NCBI GenBank assembly: GCA_037447605.1
Contig: CM074809.1
Location: forward strand, 3,896,689-3,960,688
Direction of reading: 5' to 3'
From: Zygnema circumcarinatum SAG 698-1b
Lineage: Eukaryota > Plantae > Zygnematophyceae
Length of the DNA stretch: 64,000 nucleotides
The notes under the pieces were generated by a model, which did no database searches, was not told the DNA's origin, and saw only the letters and a list, made by a program, of their open reading frames with translations. Position numbers and translations under genes: made by a program. How positions within the stretch are numbered: position 1 is the stretch's first letter; each line of letters starts with the position of its first letter. Shown in pieces: positions 11,301 to 24,025 of the stretch.

Positions 11301-13541
11301 TCTTCTCACTCTCCGCCCCCCCCCCCTCCCCCTCCCCCCTCCCCCTCCCCCCCTCCTCCTCCTCCTCCAGACCCCTACCCCCCCCTTCCCCCCTCCCCTC
11401 TCCCCTCTCCCTCCCTCCACTCACACTGAGTCTGAGCCACGCGGGGTCCCCCCTCCCTCCCCCTTGTCCTGTCCTCGGCGGCCTCGCGGCCCCCACGAGC
11501 ACGGCGAGCACCGCGCCGAGGCTCCACAAATCACCGCGCGTCCTCGCACGTGCGAACGCCTCCGGGGCCGCGAAGAAGCTTGCCGGTGTCTTTCCGTACG
11601 CCGCCACGTCAGCATCGGCGCCACGTGGCAGGTGGACGGCGCTTCCGAGGTCGACAAGCTGGACGTCGGGGTCGCCCTCCGAGACAAAAAGGACATTTTC
11701 GGGTTTCTGGGAGGGAGGGAATAAAGGGAGGGGGGGAGGGAAATTAGGGTTGGGGATTGTTGAAGGTGAGGTTGGGAATTATGGTGAGAAGGAGTTGACT
11801 ATGGGAGGGTCAACTGAGGGTCAACTTCCCATTGATAGTTTCTTTATACATTTGAACATTTACTTTTCTCTTTATTCTTCCCTTTTCTATCTGTCTGTTT
11901 GTTGACTATGGAGGGAGGGAGGGAGGGAGGGAGGGCTGCTCACAATGTCGCAGTGCGCAATGTCGTGGCGGTGGAGATGGGCGAGGGCCTCTGCCAGCTG
12001 CCGCACTGCCAGACATGGCTGCCCCGACTCAGCTCAGGCCGGGAGGGAGGGAGGGAGGGAGGGAGGGAGGGAGGGAGGGAGAGAGGGCGAGGGAGCGGAG
12101 ACGACAGGAAGGCGGGAGAGGTGCTGGGAGTGATGCAGGGAGGGAGAGGGAGCGGGGAGGGAGGCAGGGGAGACAAGGAGGGAGTGGAAGGGCAGACAGA
12201 GAGGCCCGGAGGGAGAGACGGAAGGGTTTAAGCCTGTTCGCTGCTTGGAGGGTTGAAGAGGGGCGAGGGTTCAGGGCGCACAAATGGCGGANNNNNNNNN
12301 NAAAAAAAAAAAAAAAAACACCTTAAGCCGCCCAAAATCTGGAGCCCGCGAACCCCCCCCCCTTCTAAAAAAAAAAAAAAAAAGCAAAGACTGAAAGACC
12401 CCAAATGCGAGAAAAACCGAAAATCCACAATTTCTAATACGGACAAAAAACGTCGGCCAATCGGGGCGCGCCACGTGTACCCAAACTACCCAAAAAAAAC
12501 CCAACTAACTCAAAATCCAAAACCCAACAAAAAACAAAATGCAGAAACCCGGAAAGGTTTAAAAAGTGAGTTCCATTGAACTCATTTGAAACCAAATGCC
12601 CCAAAACATGAAAATTCAAAACCCAAAAAATGCTTCTTCCAGTGGAACCACAAACAGCGAGCAGTGGGTTCGGACGAGGAAGGGAGGCCAATGAAGGAGG
12701 GGCAGGGAGGGAGAGGGAGGGAGAGGGAGGGAGAGGGAGGGGAGGGAGGGAGAGGGGAGAGAGGGAAGGAGGGGGAGGTGGGGAGAGAGGTAGGGAAGAG
12801 TAACGAGGGGGAGGAGGGAGAGAGAGGGGAGGGAGGGAAGAGTAAAGAGGGGGAAGGAGGGAGAGGTGGGGAGAGAGGGAGGGAAGATTAAAGAGGGGGA
12901 GGGAGAGAGGGGGGAGAGGGAGGGGGAGGGAGTGAAGAGTAAAGAGGGGGAAGGAGGGAGAGGGAGGGGAGAGAGAGGGGAAAGAGGGAAAGAGGGAGGG
13001 AGAAGGGATGGCGGGGGGAGAGAGGGAAGAGGGAGGGGAAGTGGAGGGAGAGGGGGGAGAGAGAAAGTGGAAGAATGAGGGGAGGGAAAAGGGAGAGAGG
13101 GAAAGAGGGAGGCGGGGACGGCGGGGGAAGAGGAAGGGGAGGGAGCGGGAAGAGAGAGAAAGAGGAAGGGGGAGGGAAGGAATAGGGGATAGAGGGAAAG
13201 AGGGAGAGGAAGGGAGAGAGAGAGAGATCGAGCGGAACAGAGAAGTGAGCCCACCAGACTATCGCCGTCCTGCCCCTCCCCAGCACGTGTGGGCCCACGG
13301 CGTAGTCCTCCCGCAGCTCCCTCTTCCCTCCCCCCTCCTCCCGCTCCAGCCACTCCGCCTCCGCCCCCTTCCTCCCTCCCCCCTTCCTCCCTCCCTTCTC
13401 CCCCCCCTTCCCTCCCTCCTTCCCCCACTCCTTCACCCCCTTCTCCCCATCCTTCCCTCCCTTCTTCCCCCCCTTTCCCCCCTCTCCCTCCTGAACCCTC
13501 CGCCGTCGCTTCTGAAACCCCGCCGCACACAGATTGCCCAT
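8330..13541 (-). CDS. CAMK-group (CDPK/PPCK-related) Ser/Thr kinase with N-terminal acylation motif and no EF-hands
   Basis: Exon 1 MGNLC...YAVGPHVLGRGRTAIVW (subdomain I). Exon ~12032-11944 AVRQLAEALAHLHRHDIAHCDI. Exon 11706-11424 KPENVLF...LVDLGSA...AAPE...DLWSLG. Last exon from 8950 LADLLKRLLAPELSKRITATEVLNHPWI to stop at 8330. Subdomains II-V not found and may lie in the gap at 12292-12301. Confidence 0.8.
9185..11420. repeat. ~2.2-kb polypyrimidine/polypurine minisatellite tract in the last kinase intron
   Basis: Arrays of CCCCTTCT, CCCCCTTCT and variants, almost G-free on the + strand. A longer unit containing CTCTTCTCACTCTCTCCGCCCCCC recurs at about 10980-11320. Confidence 0.95.
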
Positions 13542-14762
13542 GCTACGTGGCGCGAGCAGGCCCCGCCACGTGTCACGGCGCCAACATCATCAGCCAATCG
13601 CGCCGCGCCACGTGGCGGTAGCCGTTGGAGCCTCCGAGGGGGTTCTAGGGTTCCCGGCGGAGGGGGGCCCGCCAGCTGGCACGCGCCGGGGAGGGCAAAA
13701 TTTTGCCGCTCGGCCAGCGCAGGGGACAGCTGGCGGGCGGTTATATGGCGGACGTGACGTGACGTGACGTAGTGTGACGTGTCGTGACGGGACGGACGGG
13801 ACGTGACAGGAAGGAGCAGGTCAGTGACGTTCGGCGCGACTTGCGTCCTGCGGATGTGGTGTTCCGCAAAACGACAAAAAGGTTTAAGTCGGTGGAGGGC
13901 AGGGCTGGGCGGATGGAGCTGGTCGGCAGGCGCTAACCGACAAGGGAAGGTTGGAATTTTGTAATCAGTTGGCGTACGGATAGGGTGGAAGTGTACGGAA
14001 TATATGGCTGTACGTGGGTCGCCACGGACATTATTTTTGACAACCTTTTTGTAATTTGTGGGTGGATGGAGCAGATTGGAAAAGGTCGGCTTGGCGTTTT
14101 TCGGGGAAGGTGCAATTGAGGACGGAAGATCCGTATTTGGTATTTTGTGGACTGTATGGTTCAGGTAACTTTTTTGGAAATTTCAAAGTATTTTGTCCTT
14201 TTGGTTGTTTTGGACCTTTGCCCGAGGGCGGCGTCAAGCGGGCTGGTGAAAACTTGCGCGGGTGGACGGAGCATGGAACGGAGGCTGCGTGGAACAGGAC
14301 GGTGGATAGGATTACGGAAAGGCAGCTGCGTGGAACGGAATGGTTGTGGCCTGGTCTATGGAAGTCGTGATGAGTTCTTACGGTAACTGAACTGCGGGAA
14401 AATCTATGAGATGGGATCGTTGTAAACTTCATACCCTCGAGCAAGCATGCTAGGCTGTCAGGAATTCCGTACTATTTCTATGTTAGTGTTGCTGTTAGGA
14501 TTCAGTTTGCCCTGGCCCAAACCACGCTCTCGTCCTCGTTTCCATGCCAATCGCCTGTTCTAATACACACGTGGCATTCTCTCATTCGTTGGCCGCTGCA
14601 CCTGAAAGCTCCCATCGACACGGGCAGGCGAATCTCGAGGCGTTTACTGTCACTTTCGTCGGCACAAAGGGACAAAATAAAATCCTGTCGTATTTAAGGA
14701 ATGTAATCATTACGGTGACACTGCCTATGTTTGGTTCCGCACATGTTTTGTCACGTACGGTA

Positions 14763-15340
14763 CAGTAGGACCCCGTCATATTTTCCACCTACATTTGGCA
14801 AAAATCGGGCGAAAATATTGTATTTGGCAAATATAAGGTCCGTGTTACCAATAGGCGAGCGGAATTATGTTAGAGTTCATGTACATCCGTACGCATCGTA
14901 TCGTATCGTATCATATCGTTTTCTGTCATATCGCACCGCATCGTACCGTATCGTATCGTGGCAAACCGCATACAGTACATGAAGCACGCCTTAGCGTTTA
15001 CTGAGGCAGCAAACCAAAAAGCTTCGAGCCCGTAACGGCTACTACAGCTCGTACGACTAGTACGGATAGTACCGTATCGGGGAGTATCGTATCGTATCGA
15101 AGCCAAGAAGAAGTGGAGTAGAGCGAGCGCCTCTTACGGCGGGCCGTGCGGGGAGAATAGGTGAGTTTTGCGTAAGCCCGTGACGGCTAGTACAGCTATT
15201 ACGGGTAGTACGGCTAGTACGAATAGTACGAACAGTACGACTAACACAAGTTACCGTACAAAAAAGTGGTTTCGGCAAAATCGGGGCGAATTTCTTGGGG
15301 ACGCACTTTTGATGGTGGAAAATATGACGGGGTCCTACTG
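14763..15340. mobile_element. pogo/Tc1-mariner-like MITE (578 bp)
   Basis: TIR CAGTAGGACCCCGTCATATTTTCCACC and its exact reverse complement ending at 15340. TA duplications at 14761-14762 and 15341-15342. Internal CGTAT and GTACTAGCC arrays; no ORF. Confidence 0.88.
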
Positions 15341-15575
15341 TATGCTTGTCACCGCATCCAGTACCGCTTGCTTGCTTGGTATACCAGCCCTGACTTAAGA
15401 TAAGGGATTCTCCCCTAAATTAGTTTTTAAAAACCACGTAAATTTGGAGTGTACGGACTAGACCGTACATGTACGGCTGAAGTGTAATACTAGCCCCCTG
15501 CTACTTTTCCCTATTGCTGACAACCCCATGTTGTTGTTGGTCGGCTTGTTTACTAGCGAGATAGAATGGAGTGGC

Positions 15576-15880
15576 ATGGATCTCACGATGGCGAGGCCAT
15601 CAAATGTGCATGGACAACATCAGCAGCATGGGGAACCACGAGGAACTGGTCGCAAAGGACCTAAGCACAAAAGAAAAAAGCTACGAGCGAAAAACTACGG
15701 CTAGGCGCAACAAGAGATTGGTTGATCGCGAGATTGGTTCTATAGCTGGCCTTACTTCGAGCCTATCGAGAGGATGTGAACTTGAGGAGAGTAATAATGA
15801 ATGCGGCGATGCTAGCAACAGGTTTTTGCGGTGGCTGCAATGCTGCAGACATTGGGGAAATGTTTCCAATGTTGCGAGAA
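15576..15880 (-). mobile_element. 5'-truncated 3' end of a CRE-like non-LTR retrotransposon
   Basis: Shares the GATGGCGAGGCCATCAAATGT...GGAACCACGAGGAACTGGTCGCAAAGGACCTAAGCACAAAAG core with four other loci. The minus strand encodes a degenerate MSAALQ resembling the ISVALQ motif at 55141. Confidence 0.65.
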
Positions 15881-16577
15881 TTTTGTTTTGTGGAGACCTT
15901 ACTTCAACATCTCCCAACACTGTTACTGTTACTGTTACTTTTCGTTGGAAGGCATTCTTCTTCAGTGCAAAAAAATTGACATTTGGAATGTTCTTCGAGG
16001 GTTTTGTTTTTAGCAGTTTACACCAGTTCTATAACCCTCTTGGGAATAAGACTATTTTTTATTTCGTTTCCAATTTAGGTCCTTATTTCAGTTTTCCTTT
16101 TTGTGGTTAAAACCCAGAACTTTGGAGGTTATGATTTGGAATTGATTTTGCTATGAGAAATGTGCTTTGATTGATTGGAAAAATCCAATATTGAAGTGTT
16201 AAAGAATTTGCATCAGTTTTTAAAGCCGTGTCAGGGTTAAGCCAATAGCTAGAGTTAGGTACACATATGATAACATAGCCATCGTTAGTACACAAGCAAT
16301 TCACTTCACATTTTTTCTTTAATTTTTATGGTATTTACGGTTAATTCCCTTAAATAAATCTCAATCAGTCCCGTGAATAATCTATCTACGAGATTTAAGG
16401 ATTTTCCCTTATTTGACGAGGCCTCCCATGGCCATCCTCCCATGCCCATACCGTACATTTCCCTTCCCCTAAAATACAAAACTGTACGGTTGCACGGCCG
16501 TACCCTGCCCCCCGCCCCCCCTCCCCCCTTCCTGGCTGCCACGCGTCGAGCCCTCCGCTCGCCACGTGGCCGCCGCC

Positions 16578-19656
<3,079 letters not shown>

Positions 19657-19963
19657 CGGAAATCAAAATAATCATACGGAATTTTTTGACGGAATTGGTG
19701 TGTTCTGTTGACACGGGGTTCCATGCGACGCTGTTCTGTGGAGTCAACTTTTACGGGTATAATATGTAGAAAACGCGTTACATGCGTAGTTTTACGGAAA
19801 CGCATTTCTTTGCTGAGGGTTTGAGATTGTACACGATTTGGTAGTTGAAGGGTTCAGGGCCGGTTGGGGATGCCCGTTCCATGAGGGCTAGTTCCGTACG
19901 TTCTATGTTGTACAGAGGGATGCATGTCAATGATGACCATCATCAATAAATGTTGGCATCGCC

Positions 19964-20072
19964 AAGTTCTTTTTCTTTTGTCCTTGGGTCCTTTGCGACC
20001 AGTTCCTCGTGGTTCCCCATGATGCTGATTTTTACCATGTACATTTGATGGCCTCGCCATCGTCAGATTAAT
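19964..20072 (+). mobile_element. Short 3' terminus of the CRE-like non-LTR family
   Basis: GGTCCTTTGCGACCAGTTCCTCGTGGTTCCCC...CATGTACATTTGATGGCCTCGCCATCGTCAGATTAAT matches the copies at 15.6, 52.5, 55.4 and 60.8 kb. Confidence 0.7.
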
Positions 20073-20630
20073 ACCACTTTTCCTAGTTTTTGGTTTACTT
20101 TAAAATTTGCCTTTGTTGTCCCATTTTTTTGAGAAACTGGTTTTGAAAGTTCAACTTCTTTTGAGAAGCCAAAATCTTTAATTTTCTTTTTTTTCTCAAC
20201 CTGTTCGGTTTTACGATAGACCCTTTGGCCGGGACTCCACCGGCCGTACCGTGTTGTTTTCCACTAATCACGACGCGACACGTCAGCAATATGACACGTG
20301 TTAGCCTCTTAGTGGCTGGCTCAAGAGAGGATCCAAACGAGTCGGCGACCAAAGTGGCCCGCCCTTCAGCTTCTTTCTGAGAAAAATCCCGACCAATCGC
20401 AGTATGCCATGTCAGCCAAATAGCCCACATGACAGCCTGTGATTGGCTGCTTTTTATTGCTGGCTTTGCAGACGCCCCCGACTGGCTAGTGCCTTCAGCC
20501 CCTACAGTCCTCCCAAATGAGGTTTTTGGGGGCTTTTAGGGTTTAAGCCTGCCACATAGACGCAGGAGAGGAGCCCCTTGTAGTAGAGGAGGCTCCTCCT
20601 CCCTCCGCCCCTCCATGGCTGGAGCTTGTG

Positions 20631-23359
20631 ATGGAGCCATGGCCTTCGGTAAGCGAAGGGACATATCTCTCAGCTGGCAGAGCTGGCAGCCATGGCAGCG
20701 GCTTCAGAAAGCTTTCTAGCAGCTCTCCTGCTCCTCCTGCCTCCCTCTGCGCTCTCGCTGAGAAACTCGCCGATCTCGACCGTGATTTAACACCAAATCC
20801 TGATCCTGCCGCTTCTCCTGACCCTTGTTGCAGCCCCGATTCCAATCTTTCTAACTTGGATTCTAATTCTAACCCTAGCTTTAGCTCTAGCTCAAATCTT
20901 CATCCGAACCACAACCCTAATACTAATCATCCTAATCTGAACTCTAACCTTAACCCTCATCCTAGCCCTACCTCGAACCCTTACCCTAATATTAACGCTA
21001 ACTTCAGCTCAAACCCTAACCCTAGTATCGACATTGAACTCAAGCCTAAGAGCAGCCGTAGCCGCAACCGTACGCCTCTTGAGTTTGAGTACATGGAGGC
21101 CAGCGCAGCGACATGGCTGCTCCGCGGAGCTCCTCCCTCACCTCTCACAGCTGCTTACTGCGCCCCCTCTCCCCTTTCTGTGAATTGGCGCCATGGAAAG
21201 AAGCAGCCACGGCTGCCCTCTTCAGGAGATTTTAAGGTTTCAGCTGCGCCCGAATCATCTGGGGCTCTGCGCGCCGAGAATGTTCAAAGCGACCCGCAAA
21301 CCCTAATACCACTTTCTTCCGGTCCAACAATTATGGTTTCTGAAGCTGCTGAAGTAGCTGAGGCTCCAAGAATAGCAAGCGGCAGTGTTGATATGAGTGG
21401 GCATTTGGCTCTGGAAAACATTCGCGATTCTCTTATTCGTCAAGAAGACAGCATTATATTTAATTTGATCGAGCGGGCGCAGTACAAACTGAATGCAGCG
21501 GCTTATGATCCGAATATGATCTCCGTCCCGGGTTTCCCTGGATCGTTGATGGAATACCTTTTGCAAGAGACAGAGGTCTTGCATGGCAAGGTGCGTACAC
21601 ATGCACATGTCATTCATGTCAAACAAGCCCCTCCCCTCACCCTCTGTCTGCTCTCTCTCTCTCTCTTTCTCCTCGCGCTCCCCCTCCCCCTCCCCCGCAA
21701 ATAGCTCATGGTTGTTTCGGATGATTATTGTCATCGTTCTCAAATGTTTAGAGGGATTCGATATCTGATCACCTCCTTCTTCTCTCCTCCTCCTCCTTTT
21801 ACTCCAGTCCCCGTCCTCTTATCCTACTCTTTCTTTTCTTCCTCCTCTCCTCCACCACCTTCTCCTCCTCTCTGTAGCTGTTGACGTCAGTCAATCGTTT
21901 CAAACAGAATTGAATGCATGACTTAATAGAATCGATGTTTGTTTAAAAGTGACGTACTGTTCCTTTGTTGAGAGCAGGTACGACGCTATACTGCTCCGGC
22001 GGAGCATCCATTTTTTCCGGAAGTGATTCCTCCCATCATTCTCCCGTCGATGTCATTTCCACAGGTGATTCTTCGCTCCCCCGTTCAGAATCATTTCGGG
22101 ATGACATTTTGGAGCAGAAAAACATTTCTCAATTCTCTCCTCTATGAAAGTAAATATGGGCAATCCACTTTTTGCATCCGTGGATCAATCTTTTTTTCAT
22201 TTTTCATTCAAAAATTGATTGTTGAATGCATTTGGTTAGGTGAAAAAGGCACGACGATGACGATTTTGGGAAGTCGGGCAAGTGGGAGGGAGAGGAGGCG
22301 TAGTGGGAGAGGGAGGGGATGGGTAATGAGAGGGAGGGAAGTGGGGGTAGTGGGAGAGTGGGCATGAGAACTGGAGGGAGAGTTGAAGGGGCGAAGAGGG
22401 AGAGCAAGCTCAGAGGCAGCGTGATGTGAAGAGGAGACAGTGAGAGGCAGTGAGAGAGAAGAGGGAGACGGAGAGACTGCTGCCTGTGTTAGTCATCTTC
22501 AAACCAGTCCTCTCCTTTCAGGTTCTCCATCCCGCCGGCGCCCGAGTCAGCATAACTCCACTTATTTGGAGAATGTATTTTGGAGACCTCTTGCCTGCTC
22601 TCGTCAGCGCTGGAGACGATAACAACTACGGCTCCTCCGTCACTACAGACGTGCTCTGTCTGCAGGTCTCTCTCTCTCTCTCTCTCTCTCGCACTCTCTC
22701 TCTTTCTCTCTCTCTCGCTCGCTCTTCCTCTCTCTCAGTCTTCCTCTCCCCCCTTTTTCGCCCCTTTCATTCCTCGTGTCGCAGTGTTGACTCTATGCAT
22801 AATGCATGTATAGGGGCGCGTGTGAAAGGATTGAAATCCTAACTTTCTAAATCCCAAACCTTAAAGCCTGAACCCTAAAAGCCTGCGAGGGTGGGTTCAG
22901 GCCCTCTCAAAAAGAATCCATTCCGGAGCCTTTGTGGCGGAAGCCAAGTTCCAAGAGTCCCCGGGGCTGTACACCCCTCTCATCCAAGCGCAGGTGACAA
23001 CCCTAACCCTAATTTCATCCACTTTTTTTTTTTTTTTCTTCTTAACAGAATCTGTTCGAAATCTCTCCTTGATTCATTTTTTTTTTTTTTTTTTTTTTTT
23101 TTTCATTCTCCAGGACAAAGACGGACTCATGCAGCTGCTGACCTTCAAGGCGGTGGAGGCCAAGGTCCTGGAGAGGGTAGAATTGAAAGCCGCCGTTTTG
23201 GGGCAGGAAATTGGGGTTGGGAGGGAAGGGGGTGGACCTCCCAAGCACAAAATTGATACCAAATTGGTGGCTCGCTTGTACGGAGAGTGGATCATGCCCC
23301 TCACAAAGGAGGTCCAGGTCGAGTACCTCTTGAGGAGGCTGAACCCCCTCGAGAGTTGA
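20631..23359 (+). CDS. CM1: Chorismate mutase, plastid-type (AroQ/eukaryotic), five exons, long N-terminal extension
   Basis: LENIRDSLIRQEDSIIFNLIERAQY; RRYTAPAEHPFFP; GDDNNYGS...DVLCLQ; ALSKRIHSGAFVAEAKF; LLTF...; WIMPLTKEVQVEYLLRRL...* (23359). GT-AG junctions. Exact start codon uncertain. Confidence 0.95.
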
Positions 23360-24025
23360 ACTCGCAAAGCCCTTCATCTCATGTGTATTTGGTCCTCGTT
23401 GGGTCGACTTACACAGATTTTAGGGTTCAGGGTTCAGAAATAGGTTATTCCACAGAGTCATAAAATGGCTTATTAGTTGATGACGTTCGCACGGCCTCCT
23501 TGCGAAACGGCTCATTAAGAGTCTCAATTTGTTGACACTTTTTTCTCTATTTCCAAAAAAGAACAAGAAAAGGACATGATGTAGAACAAAGAAAGGAGAC
23601 TCTTACATTACAATTTGAAGCCATGAAACACATTCAGTGTCAATATTGTTTTCTTTCATCCAGTGTCGATACGACGTCGATATGAGACAATACGATACAG
23701 ATACAATGGCGATACTCTGCCGACACAGTCCCACAAAAGCCCATTTTTTTGGCGTTGCGGAGGCGTCCTGCGGGACGTGGAGCCACGCTGGCAGGGTTCG
23801 TCCAATCGGGTTCGCAATGTGTACAGTAGGACCCCATCATATTTTCCACCTCAACATTTGCGTCACCAATTTTGCCGAAACCACTTTTTTGTACGGTAAC
23901 TTCGTGTTAGCCGTACAATTCGTATAATTCGTACAATTCGTACAATTCGTACACTTCGTACTAGCCGTACTAGCCGTACTAGCCGTACTAGCTGTACTAG
24001 CCGTCACGGGCTTACGCAAAACTCA

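Noticed and set aside
14870-15260. CRISPR-like appearance of short CGTAT and GTACTAGCC repeats in the MITEs
   Set aside because: Irregular tandem microrepeats inside TA-flanked TIRs; no constant repeat-spacer period and no cas genes.
19854-20060. Short basic ORFs here and at 15571-16110 that resemble each other
   Set aside because: The similarity comes from the antisense of the shared CRE 3' UTR, not from a host gene family.
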